Shown: positions 23,625-36,165 of the stretch, in pieces
How positions within the stretch are numbered: the stretch's first letter is position 1
How the letters are laid out: the number at the start of each line of letters is the position of its first letter
Assembly (NCBI RefSeq): GCF_018977255.1
Contig: NW_024704743.1
Location: 98,458,001 to 98,522,000 of the forward strand
DNA length: 64,000 bases
Direction of reading: 5' to 3'
From: Callorhinchus milii
Taxonomy: Eukaryota
The notes under the pieces: generated by a model
Told to the model about the DNA's origin: nothing
Seen by the model: only the letters and a program-made list of their open reading frames with translations
Database searches by the model: none
Program-made: the position numbers and the translations under genes

Positions 23625-23860
23625 ATAATAACAAGTTGCCTTATTTTAGCGCCCTTCACGTGGGGTAGCATCCCAGAGCCCTTGACAGTGGACGAGTCTG
23701 ACTCCGAGCCAGAGGGAGACGAACGGGGAAGGTGTCCGTAAACATGATCAAAAAGGAAGTCCTTAAGACAGGATTTGAAAGTGGGGAGGGAGGGGGCAAG
23801 GCGGAGGGATTGAGGGAGAGAGTTCCAGAGTTTCGAGCATAGTGATTGAAGGCACCGATA
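23625..23860 (-). mobile_element. L2 3' fragment
   Basis: KLWNSLPQSLRLAPSLPTFKSCLKDFLFD followed by the tail. Confidence 0.85.
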
Positions 23861-24427
23861 GGAAGTAAGAAATCTTATAAAACAATAAGGCAGCAATTAG
23901 TGACATATCAGTGAAGTTTTATTAAAATGTGGCACGGTTCTGATTGTACAGATATACACCTGATAGATCATGAAGTGTCAGATGCAGGATAACACTAAAA
24001 AACTGACTAGGATTTGAACTATACTAAGTCACAGGATGCAGTCACATAAATAATTGGGTGCTACATTGTCCGATCAGTTGTGGATTACCCTTCTGGCTAC
24101 CAAAATAATAGTAATAATAAGCTTTTTAATTTCATATCATGTTGAGCATCTCATAGCACTTGACAGCATTCATTGTAGCGTTGTGACATTGTATTTGTAG
24201 GCAAACGCAGTGGTCAATTTGAACACAGCAATATCTCAAAAACCGTCATGAAGTGAATGACTCATTAATCTGGAGGATTGCTGGCCAGGACACCAGGAGA
24301 TACTCCCTTCGATAACATCATAGTAGAATTTCCAGAATGAAAGGTGGCTGGCAAAGATTTGGCTTCACAATCAGTTGCTGGAGCAATAAAGCTGTGTTAT
24401 TCCTTTTGAGCAACTACCAAAATGCCT

Positions 24428-25512
24428 GCACTTCATCTCCTCAAACGGTTTCTCCTCTATCTCCCATCTCGTGCGGCATTCCTCAGGGCTGCGTCCTTGG
24501 TCCCCTCCTCATCAACATCTATATGCTCCCTCTTGATGACATAATCCGTAGACATGAGGTCAACTTCCACATGTATGCAGATGACACCCAACTGTACCTC
24601 TCTGCCTCCACCCTTGACTCCAGGACCACTGCTGTTCTGACAGAATGTCTGTCAGACAACAAGTGCTGGATGAGAGCTAACTTTCTTCAGTTGAATATCA
24701 ACAAGACCGAGGCACTCCTGATTCGCTCCCGTCAGTGCCTCCTCACCTCAGAGTCCATGGTTGCACACTCTACCTTGCGAAGCCAGTCCGGAACCTTGGG
24801 AGTCTTGTTTGACCCTCAGCTATCCTTTCTACCCCACATCTGCGCCATGACCCGCTCTGCCTTGCCCCACCTCCGCAACGTCATCCGGCTCCGACACCGT
24901 CTCACACCGCAGGCCGCCGAAGCCCTCATACATCTCTTCATTACATCGAGGCTTGATTATGCAAACTTACTGCTTGTCGGCCTCCCCAACTCCTCCCTCC
25001 ACAGGCTGCAGATCATCCAGAACTCTGCAGCCCATGTCCTCTCCCGCACTAGACTTCGCGACTCTATCACCCCATCCTTGCCCATCTCCACTAGCCTCCC
25101 ATCACATAGGATACAGTTCAAGATCCTGGTCCTCACCTTCAAAGCCCTCCACGGTTTTGGTCCCCCCTACCGCTCCGATCTCCTAACCCCCTACCACCCT
25201 GTTCACACCCTCGGCTCAGCGGGCTCCAGCCTGCTTCACGCCCCAGCCTTGCTCTCCCCACTATCGGCGGGCGGGCCTTCTGCCACTCTGCACTCACCCT
25301 CTGGAACTCCATCCCACAGTCCTTCCATCTTCCCCCCTCCCTCACCACCTTCAAGACCCTCCTCTTCGACCGTGCTTTCGATCTCCCTGCTTCCCCCCTG
25401 TCCTCCCCCACCCCTACCGTCAGCTCGGGTCCGTAACTCTGTCTGTCCAGCGTCTTGGGACGTCCTCCCGACGTGAAAGGCGCTATACAAATGTAATTTT
25501 GTTGCTGTTGTT
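24428..25512 (+). mobile_element. L2 LINE 3' ~1.1 kb (RT pseudogene)
   Basis: ORF 24337-25476: [32 protein letters not shown]; frameshifted; terminal stem-loop and (TTG)-like tail. Confidence 0.93.
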
Positions 25513-25985
25513 AACTGGACCTTTAAAATGGAAGTCAATTACTCCCAAATGCTCATCTTTTACTAGCAGCAATCGTACTTATTCCTGATGGGGATTCAAT
25601 ATTACAGATATATGTTCAATTGGAGGTACTTACACTTATGTTTATGGCAATTTCTAATTCTCCCTGGTATTATTTTACTCAGTAATGACCTACCTACAGT
25701 TCTAAAGTGCTAGTGAGAGTCAAGAGACTGCAGCACATATACAGAATCAAGAACTTGTTGCTGCATCTATAAGATATTCTCTTTAAAATTATGAGTTACT
25801 TAAAATTATTTAATTTAATTGAAACCCATTTCAAAGCTGGGTGGTTACCTCTGAAGGAAGCATTTTCAATTTCTCAAAACCTTTGAGAATTTGTTCAGCA
25901 TATAATTTTTTTTTAAACTGACCAGTAATAATATTCAGTTTTATTACTATAGAGTTTATTAAATGTACGCATTGTATGGTCAAGT

Positions 25986-26740
25986 ATGCATGTATATGGA
26001 TGACACCCAAATCTACTTTTCCTCTTCTAGCTGCAATCCCAGATCCACAGATGTTCTGCCCTCTTGCTTGACATCACAGCCTGGATGAGCACCACCTCTC
26101 TGCAGCTGAATGTTGACAAGATGGAAGCTATCCTGGTTGGTTCCTGTCAATGTCTACCTGTTGTTCTGACCTCCTTAACCTCCCCAGCCTATCCCTCAGA
26201 ATCACTAAACCTGTACACAATCTAGGCATCAGTTTCGCCAGTTATCCTTCCTACCCCATGTCTGGTCCTAGATCAGGACCATTTTCCTTCACCTCTCTCA
26301 CTTTGTCTGCCTCTGACATACTTCATTCCAAATGTAGCTGAAACATCATCCGTGGATTTATTACCTCCCGCCTCACTTTCATCAATGCCCTCTTCACCAG
26401 TCTCCCCATTTCCACTGCTCATGAAATCCAATTGATTCAGAACTCCAACATCCATGTTCTCACTGTACCAGGCTCCACACTTCCATCAACCCTGGCCTTG
26501 CCACGTTCCACTGGCTCCATGAACTGATCGATTTCACGGTCTTACAAATCAATTTGTAAGACCCTATCTCTCTGATCCACTTACTCCCCACTCCTCCTGT
26601 ATCTGAAGTGCTGCCTCTTCAATCATACTAAGGTCATCTCCCTCTCTCCAGTTCAGTGTCAAGTTCTGCTACTATTAAGCACTCCAAGGTAACAACTACC
26701 ATGCGTGAGGGAGCTATATCAATGCAAGTTTTTTTTTTTG
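25986..26740 (+). mobile_element. Old L2 fragment
   Basis: ATGCATGTATATGGATGACACCCAA (YADDTQ remnant) through ...AATGCAAGTT tail; many indels. Confidence 0.75.
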
Positions 26741-26765
26741 TTAAATCTCACCTATGAGATGTTGA

Positions 26766-27085
26766 ACAACAAAATGCATTATATAACATCCTTCACATAG
26801 GATAATGTGTGAGCGCATCACAGTTGAATGCTGAGCTAGGAGGATGGGGATGGGAGGTAACCATAGGCATGGTCAAAGTGGTAGGTTTTAAGGTGGGATT
26901 TGAAGATAGACAGGGGAGAGGTAGAAGAATAGAGTTCCACAGGTTGAGGGTGTATTGACTGAAGCATGATCACTGATAGTGGCGCGCAGGGTATGAGGAA
27001 GCACAACAGGTCTATGATAGCTGAGCATAGGGCAGAGGAATGGTGTTAGAGGAGATCAGTGACATAGGGATATGCTGGGGAGTGA
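26766..27085 (-). mobile_element. Old L2 3' fragment
   Basis: AACAACAAAATGCATT...GGCATGGTCAAAG...GAGTTCCAC, matching the reverse complement of L2 3' ends. Confidence 0.65.
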
Positions 27086-27274
27086 AAGATACACAAGCCG
27101 TCCAGGGAGACAAATGTTGGGTTGGCTTTCCCTACTGTTTTTCTTTTTTGCTTATGAAAAACTGAGTAGTTATTACCGTTTAACCAACGACCATATCAAA
27201 GAGAGGGTATTACAAATACAAATCTATGTCATAACACCTTATTGCTCAGTACATTGCTCTCATAATTCATCATA

Positions 27275-29130
27275 ACATTCCCCGCGCTCTGCCCATAGCC
27301 CTGCAAACTTGTCCTCACCAAATAATTATCTACTTCTCTCTTAAAAGTTGTTATTGAATTGGTTTTCACCACCCTTTCATGCAATGCATTCCAGATCTGA
27401 ACAACTATCTGTGTGAAAAAATTTCTCCTCACCTCCCCTCTGTTTCTTTCAATAACTATTTTAAATCGGTGTCCTCAGATTACCGATCCACTCGCCAGTG
27501 GAAATGGTTTATCCTTATTCACGCTATCGAATCCCCTCATGATTTTAAAAACTTCAATTAAGTCTCCTCTTAACCTTCTCTGCTCCAAGGAGAATAATCC
27601 TAGCTTCTCTAGCCTCTCCTGAAATTCTTCATTCCTGATACCATCCTGATAAATCTACCTTGCCCTCTCTCCAATGCCTTGACATTCTTCCTAAAGTGTG
27701 GGGCCCAGTGTCTCATAAACAACAACAACTTGCATTTATATAGCCTCTCCACATCTCAGAGGGCTTAACAATGGAGGAGGCTGAGCCGGGGGAGGGGGAA
27801 AGGTGACCGTAGGCGCGGTCGAAGAGATGGTCTTCAGGTGCGACCTGAAGATGGGGAAGGTGGGGGCAAGGCCAAGGGGTTGAGGGAGGGAGTTCCAAGT
27901 TTCAGGGCACAGTGGCTGAAGGCACAGCCGTCTATGGTGGAGCGGAGGACTTGGGGGACACGGAGGAGGCCGGACCCAGTAGAGCAGAGGCAGCGAGTAC
28001 TGCTGTGGGGAGACAGGAGGTTAGAGAGAGGTTAGAGGGTGCCAAGGAATGGAGGGATTTAAACACTAGAGTGAGGATCTTGAAGTCGATCCGCTCTGTG
28101 ACAGGGAGCCAGTGGAGTTTGGCAAGTAATCTGGATACGAAGTTTGGTGTGGCGGGCGGCGGAGTTTTGAATGAGCTGAATTTTGTGAATAGTGGAGGAG
28201 GGGAGACCAGCGAAGAGGGTGTTAGAGTAGTCCAGCCGAGAGGTGACAAAGGCATGGACAAGGGTTTTGGGGTGAGGTATTGTCCGGAGATGGGCAATGT
28301 GGCAGAGGTGGAAGAAAGCAGTGCTGATCAGGGACTGGATGTGGGAGAGGAAGGATAACTGGGGATCAAACCTGACGAACCTAAGTTGCGTACGGGTTTG
28401 GAGAGCTTTAAGGACAGGTAGGCTAGGTTGAGGAGGTCAGAACCGTGGCACAGAAGACGTTGATGGGAGCCAAAGAGCATGGCATCCGTCTTGCTGACGT
28501 TTAACTGCAGGAAATTTGTGCTCATCCAGCTCTTGATGTCCAACAGACAAGCTGACAGAAAATCAGGGGACTGGGGGTCGCAGCTGGAGGTGGAAAAGTA
28601 GAATTGAGTGTCATCCGCATACATGTGGAGGTTAACCCCGTGTCTGCGGATAACATCACAAGAGGTAGCATATAGATGAGGAAGAGAAGGGGGGCCAAAG
28701 ATGGATCAGGTGTTGGGTGGAAGCGAGAAGATAAAGGTTCATCATAACTTCCTGACTTTTGTATTCTATGCCTTATTTATAAAGCCTGGTATCCCGTGTG
28801 CTTTTTTTTAACAGCTTTTATACCTGTCCTGCCACCTTCAAAGATTTACTTATGTGAACCCCCAGGTCCCTATGTTCCTTCAACCCCTTTATATTCTCCC
28901 TTATATTGCCTCTCCTTATTCTTCCTCCCAAAATGCATCACTTCGCATTTATCCACATTAAACTTCATCTGCCAAGTATCTGCCCATTTTACCAGTCTGT
29001 TTATTCCATTTGCAGTCTGTTACTATCCTCTTCACTGTCTACTACTTTTCCTATCTTAGTATCATCTGCAAACTTGGAAATTGTACTCCCTATACCCAAG
29101 TCCAGGTTATTTATATTGATCAAAAAGAGC
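27275..29130 (-). mobile_element. CR1 LINE split by a nested L2 (CR1 parts 27275-27708 and 28730-29130)
   Basis: Both parts are collinear with the CR1 at 18282-19315, with ~40 nt missing at the junction; ORF 27229-27432 RRNFFTQ.VV.IWNAL. Confidence 0.88.
27717..28708 (-). mobile_element. L2 LINE 3' ~1 kb nested in CR1
   Basis: MYADDTQFY, LAKLHWLPV.ERIDFKIL; (TTG)n tail at 27717-27730. Confidence 0.92.
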
Positions 29131-30377
29131 ATAATACAACAGTACACATTACTAAGTCAGAAAAAGAATCTTTACATTTAAATGAAGATTTACCTTAACA
29201 CAAATATTTTTCTATCTGCTAATCAAGCCAAAGGAAAGAAAGCCTCCAACATATCATTCTATCTGACTGAGCATAATGTCACCTCAGCAAAACCCTACAG
29301 CATTTCCAAATAGCACTTCAGGGCTTACTAACTTTCTAGCAAAGGCTAATGGTTACAACAATTAATCACACATCACTCCTGCACTGGAAAGTCCCATTAA
29401 GGAAATCCAATCTAATCAACATAAACTAAAATGTAATTAATTAGGAACAACTCTATAACCCTCTTAAAACACTGAAGATTGTATCAAATCAAAAGGAATA
29501 ACTGTGGTTAGATTTTATTTACTCTATCAGGTATGCCAATTCACAGGTTTACCCTCGGAAAACCTCTAGATTATTTTGGCTCTTTGGCCTCAGTGCCACA
29601 GTGTTCATGTTGCAAAGCAAATTCTCAATATGAAGTTGAAGCTGAACCTATGACTTTTGGAGCACAATTTCACAGAGCTAAGTCTGCATTTTTTTTGTAC
29701 CAAACATGGGCAGGTGTGAAAAATTCAGCATTATAACGAAACAAGGATGCAAATTACAAACATTTACAAAGAATATACAGCATAGAAACTGGCCAATCGG
29801 CCCAACCTGTCTGTGCTGGTGATTGTACTCCACCAACTCCTTATTTAGTCCCATACCTTTCTATTCCCCCTCCTTCATGGAGGTCTAGTTTCCTCTTGAA
29901 GGCATCCATTGTATCAAATCAGAAAATAGTCTTAACCATAACTCAAGATCGTGGTTTCCACAATTTCACAATTCTTGGTACCTGGCAGATATTTGTTTGT
30001 TGAACTCACATCACCACATAATGAGGGGTAAATTGAGAGACTGCATCACATCATCTTCTATTAAACATTTTATTTTGATTACTCAGCTTAATCACTGTAT
30101 GATGACTCTCCCACGTGCTATTACCACTATAATGGTCTATCAGCTGTCTATACAGAATGGGCAAAATTGATAAACTATTCAAACAATTTGCAAAATGCTC
30201 ATGGCAGGAAATGCTTATTGGGGCTCAGTATCACATTTCAGATTGGTAGCAACTAATAAAGTGGAAGACAATTCTGATACCCTGACTTCTTCAGAGCCTA
30301 CACGTCTGAGGCCGAAATCCACAATTTTGGCAAATTGTTGAATTCAGTCTTAATAACTCTGAATAACACAATTCAAA

Positions 30378-30780
30378 ACAAATTTATATTTATATAGCAC
30401 CTTTCACATGGGGAAAATAGCACTGGACAGTCTAAAGTTTGAACGTGAGCTGGGGGGTTGGGTAAAGGGTATGAAGGATGGTCAAAGAGGAAGGTCTTGA
30501 AGCAGACCTTGAAGGAGGCAAGGGAAGGCAAGTCAGAGGCAAGTCAAAGGGATTCCAGGATGGAGTTCCAGAGTGTGGGGCAGATACTTTGCCAATGATG
30601 GGGTGGGTGGAGTGTAGCAGGCCAGTGCCTGGTGAGTAGAGCAAGCATCTGGGTTGGTAGGGCTTGAGGAGGTCACAGTGGTAGGGGGGGCAAGGCCATG
30701 AAGGAACTTAAAGGTTGGATAAGAATCTTCAACTTAATCCGCTGGGGGATTTTGAATTGTGGAGTCGGGCGAGGGTGATA
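30378..30780 (-). mobile_element. L2 3' fragment
   Basis: L2 tail and FKVCFKTFLFD-like sequence on the minus strand. Confidence 0.75.
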
Positions 30781-31739
30781 GGCTTTCGTAGCTCTGAAGC
30801 AATTTTCCACAGGTCTTTTTAGGAACTACAGAGAACTGGCTTTCAAATTTAAGAATTTGTCAAAATACTGCATAATCAGAAATTTTAAGGCAATCATTTT
30901 CATGTTAAATTTCAGTCCTCTGTGAGTTCTAAACAATTCTGCCATTTGTATCTTACAAATTCAACCTGTTCTCTATTAGCAGAAATCTCAGAGTACATTC
31001 AGTTCTAAGGACCTATCACTTCAACTTCTGGTTCTAATAATAATCCTTGTATTTGATATAGTGCCTTATCAAGCTATGGAGACATTTCAAAGCCCTTCAC
31101 AGGATTTACTGTAAAGTAGTTGACTGTGTATTTTGTGGGCAATCGTAGATGGCATCGTTATTGATAAAAAGCAAACATTTAATATGATTGCAACATATGT
31201 TAGCCAACCTAAATCAGTAATGAGCAGTAGAGGCATAGTCTGTACACAAAATATTGTTATTTTTAATTTAAATATAAGTAGAATTGAACCTAAAATTTGT
31301 GAATATCTCAGAAAAAGTAATACAGAGTATGTTCAATTTTGTGGAAGTGCATAACTCAGTGGCAGAGATGAGGCACAGCACTTAGTAGAATGACACTGCT
31401 GAATTTTCTGATTAATTTAGAGAGGCTGGTTGATGGCAACTTAAAGCAGCAAAATCAAATGGGAGGGATAACTGAAATTATTTGATAAAGTGGAAAAAAA
31501 ATATCACTTTTAATAACGACCTTCAATTTAAATAGTTTGTACTTTCTATCAAGAGAAATTACTTTATAGGACCAGACGACTGATATAATCTTTCTTTTAA
31601 AGAACATCAATTTTTTCAAGTACATCTATTTTTATCTCGACTCTCAACTGTTGCTGTGATTTGTTCAGAACAGACAGTTTATTAAAGTGCATCAACAATG
31701 TGATAAGGTGATATATCAAATGCAAGGATTATTATTATT

Positions 31740-31860
31740 TTGTGGATTGTTGGCCAGAACACAGAGAGAAACCCCCTTCTCCTTTCGAATAGTGCCATGG
31801 GATCTTTAACATCCACTTGAACAGGCAGACGTTTAACAGAGGACTAACATTCAGCACTGT
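31740..31860 (-). mobile_element. DeuSINE core fragment
   Basis: TTGGCCAGAACAC...TTCGAATAGTGCCATGGGATCTTTAACATCCAC is the reverse complement of the Deu core. Confidence 0.7.
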
Positions 31861-32417
31861 GACGCTAAATTCATCAGTGCTGCAAACTTGTTACCACCAC
31901 TGGCTGTAAAACAAAATGGCTAGTCCCCAGCTATTGTTGAATTTATTTACTCAAAATTAAATTAGCTCTGAAAACCATTGCCCTGATTACAGTTGATATT
32001 TTGAAACGATAGTGAAATATTGTATATCTGACGATTATTCATTTGTCTCAAACATAAAGCACACGATAAATGTATTTTCAATTCAAACTATCCTATATAA
32101 CAGAAGCAATATCCCTACTATTGCAATACAGGCATATTATAATAAACAGCAATGAATAACTAAAATATCCTTATTTTAGTATGATGCTTTTGTGATCAGG
32201 ACTTGATCATTATTTGGGAAATAACCTCTGTTATTACTTAAGTTGTTTGATCTAATCTTGTTGCATATCCAATAAGGTGGTCCCAACTCTATGGAATTCT
32301 GTACATGTAGTACTTAATGTATTTAGCTACCATATGCTGACATTTTTCTTCTTCTTACATATCTGCTGTTAGTTACAAATCAGAATTCATTTGTATTCAT
32401 CTAAATCATCCAAAAGC

Positions 32418-33011
32418 CACTGAAAACCTGGTCCATGCCTTTGTCACCTCTCGGCTGGACTATTCAAATGCCCTCCTCGCCGGTCTCCCCTCCACTACCA
32501 TCCATAAGATCCAGGTCATATAGAACTCTGCCGCCCGCATTCTCACCCGCACCAAACTCTGCCCCCCATTACCCCAGTCCTTGCCAGACTGCACTGGCTC
32601 CCTGTCCCAGAGAGGATCGACTTCAAGATTCTCACCCTTGTCTTCAAATCCCTCCACTCCTCTGCACCCCCCTACCTCTCTGACCTCCTCTCTCCTCAAA
32701 CAGTGCCAGTTGCCTTCGTTCCACCAGGTCTGGCCTCCTCCTCGTCCCCGAGTCCTCCGCTCCACCCTCGGTGGCAGTGCTTTCAGCCACTATGCCCCGA
32801 GGCGCTGGAACTCCCTTCCTCACTCCCTTCACCTCGCCCCCTCTCTTCCTATTTTCAGGTCTCGGCTAAAGACCTTTCTTTTCGACCGCGCCTTTGGTCA
32901 CCTTCCTCCCCCTCCCCCTGGCTCGACCCCGGGATCCGTTACTGTGAAGCGCTCTGAGATGCTGTCCGGCGTGGAGGGCGCTATATAAATCCAAGTTATT
33001 GTTGTTGTTGT
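32418..33011 (+). mobile_element. L2 3' fragment (second subfamily)
   Basis: [16 protein letters not shown]...LHWLPV.ERIDFKIL...WNSLP...[10 protein letters not shown]; (TTG)n tail. Confidence 0.92.
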
Positions 33012-33925
33012 ATTATCAAGAAAATTTCTCCTAAAGAACATGTACAAAACTCCATTTGTATTCAAACTAAACACATTCCCATCTTTTCAACAGTGAATTA
33101 CAGGCTGCAAGCGATTTATGGAAATGTGTGAAACCGTCAAAGATCAATGAATACCCACAAGGACAAAATTGATTCGTTTATAAATACTACAAAAGACAGA
33201 TTATATATTAATTATTTATTGTCCAGTTTATGAAGTAAAGCAGCCGTACAGTAAAACTGACAAAGTCTAACTAAATATGATATTGCTGCAAATTATCATA
33301 TTTAATACCATTTCAGGTTTACTTGATAACGACTTTCTAAGATTGCACATTTTTGACATGAGTAGATCCTAACACTTGCTAATGGCTTGAGTAGACCTGT
33401 GAGAAATATTCAATGAATGAAATCAATATATCAGGCTTTCAGGAGACTGAGAAGCAAACCCAATTTGTTACTCAATTGGATCCAAATTAGAGTAGTTTGG
33501 GTTAATTCCAGTCTTTCTAAAATGTGCACAATCCAGATAACTTTTGTTGTGATGGGGAGAGGGAAAGAGATAAGCAGGGTCTCCTTGGAGTTGAACTGGC
33601 ATCCAAGGTGAAGTGCTTTGCAATGGAATGTCAGAATTGAGTCAATCCTCTCTGGCGGGCTCGGAATCCGGTTCTTGAGGCAGGTGGATCCACAGTACCC
33701 CAGGACACTGCTGATGACAGTCTGACTTGACAGCAGAACTATGGAAGGGCAGATCAGTCACTGGTGGAAGGGATTCTTCCCAGTCAGCTCCTGTTATCAC
33801 TGCAAGCCAGCGTCCTAACCGGTAGGGTGGTCCAAGCTGAACAAGCAGCAGTACGCTTTCCAGAGAGCACTTTCAAAGGCAAGTTATGCGGTAATAGCTA
33901 GTTAGACTCTGGCAATACCCTAAAC

Positions 33926-34085
33926 GAACAACAACAACAACTTGGATTTATATAGCACCCTCCAAGCCAGACAGCGTCTCAGAGCACTTCACAGTAATGG
34001 ATCCCAGGGCCAAACCAGGGGAGGGGGAGGAAGGTGACCAAAGGAGTGGTTGAAAAGAAAGGTCTTTAGCCAAGAGACTGAAAAC
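33926..34085 (-). mobile_element. Short L2 3' end, same subfamily as 32418-33011
   Basis: Reverse complement aligns to 32860-33011. Confidence 0.85.
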
Positions 34086-35904
34086 ACACACTGGGTCCCC
34101 AAGTCTTGGTTTTTACCAACACCTAATACTCTCTGGAATGAGGTAAACAAGGAACAAAACAATATATTCCTTAAGACCCTGCTGGTTTATTATTAACTGT
34201 TCAGATATTTTGTTCAACAATTGCATTGAATTATTGCAAGAGAGCTATAAAACTTCCCTTCTGAGAAAGCAGTTCTCAAGAGTGCTACCACTAACAGTTC
34301 ACATATTTTAGGCAGAAGGAAGGTTTGCTGAATTCACTATTCATTACTTGCAATACTATCAAAATGCAAAAAATAGAAAGACATTCCATTTGCTGAAATT
34401 ATTTTATTTTTCTCATTATTTTTAATACCTATTGGCACCCCTTTGGTGAGGATCATTCCATTTCCGAGACATCTCCAAACATTACCAAGGTGGGCAGTAA
34501 AGGTAGAGAAATTGACTCAGTTGCTGATTTTCCATCTCCCTCCCTGTTTTTGTTTGGAAACCCAAAAGTCTCAAAGGTCCAATGCTGATCTTCTCCAACA
34601 TACTACACCAGAGTGGTAAAATTCAATTTCACACTTCCAGTTTCCCAAAACAAATTCCTGTCCTCAGCAGGGACATAAAGGGGAGGGCACAATTGACTGT
34701 TGAATCACCTTGTACCAATTTCATGAAATCAGAGTCCTGGTTTAAGAGCAGCATTGAAGAAGCCTCTCAAAATTCAAATACTGTGTTAACTACCCTCCTG
34801 ATATTCATTTTGTTGTAAAATGTATTCTTCCAACATAACACACCTGAATCATTTATATTTTACTTCCCTATCTGTGGCAATCTGACATGGTACCTCCCTG
34901 GATTACAAATACAATGTAGTAATTAAACAAGGCCCAGCAAGATTATGCTTGAATCATTGAACACAAGGCTTAAAACTTTGCATCATAAATTGGAAATTAT
35001 ACTATCTGATCACTTTTTCATTTTTAATTTCCCTTCATAAAACAAAGCCAATAATGGTGCTGACATTTAACCCCAACCTGTCACAGCTATTGAACTATGG
35101 TGATTTTTTCAAATGATAAAGTCAAGTCTCTCCATTTTTTCTTCAATATTCTCTCCTGAAAACACGGTTAAGCTGTTGGCAGCAGACCTAACCATGGGAT
35201 ATATCCGTTCCTAATATAGTGTAACAGCAAATACAGAGTATTTACCATTGGAATTTTTTTTAAACTTGCTTTTAGTTCAAACTCTTGCTGTGATCACAAT
35301 TGTGTGGTAGAGAATATTAAACGAGGACAGTCATTACAGGGTATTAAGAGAAACCGCTGTTGATTCAACTGGAAACAGATGTTCGTAATACTAAAAGTTG
35401 TCTTGATAACATGATGAATTACTGTTGGCTGCAAAAATCTAAAGGAGTGAGAGAGAAGGTTTGTTGTTTAACAAGCAATAATGTGTCAGTTGTTTGATGT
35501 GGCAGAACACTGTTATTTCCTCAGCAATCCAATTTCAAATTAAATACAGAACACATCTGTTTGTCCCATTTTAAATTCAATGATGATTCTCTAACATGTC
35601 ATGCACTGGATATTCTCTTTATGAATTCTGAAGCTGCATTCAGAAGCAAGTTATAGTAAGTGATGCATTATAAACAGGATCTTTTGTACATGTTTCTATT
35701 ACTGAAAGAATAAATACAGTAGTGAGTAATATATCAAAGCTATGGTATATCAAAGAGGTAATGCCTAAGGACAGATAATAGAAATCAGCACTGAAAATGT
35801 TGGTTTATTTTATTATTTTTCATCAATAATGAATTTAAAATATATTAGAATTTTTTNCTAAATTTCTGACATGTTTCTACCTGTTGTATTATAGTTGAGC
35901 TTGA

Positions 35905-36165
35905 TAATAATAATCCTTGCACTTAGTATATTATTGTGTCATTCACATCAGGATGATGACTCAAAACATTTCACGGAATATACTGTATAGAATAGTGACT
36001 GTATTTGTAGGCACACAAGACAGCCAATTTGGTCACAGAAATGGCCCACAAACAGATATTGAAGTAAATGAACATTTTCTTGTTTGGGGGATTGTTGGCC
36101 AGGGCACCCGGAAAAACTCCCTTCTCTTTTCAAATAATGCCATGGGATCTTTTATGTCCATCCGA
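35905..36165 (-). mobile_element. DeuSINE core and tail fragment
   Basis: (AAT)n-CCTTGCA tail; TTGGCCAGGGCACCCGG...TGCCATGGGATCTTTTATGTCCA. Confidence 0.7.

Noticed and set aside
24337..25476. 379-aa ATG-initiated ORF as a possible domesticated RT
   Set aside because: It begins in unrelated flank, lacks the N-terminal RT motifs and changes frame relative to L2 several times; a chance fusion.
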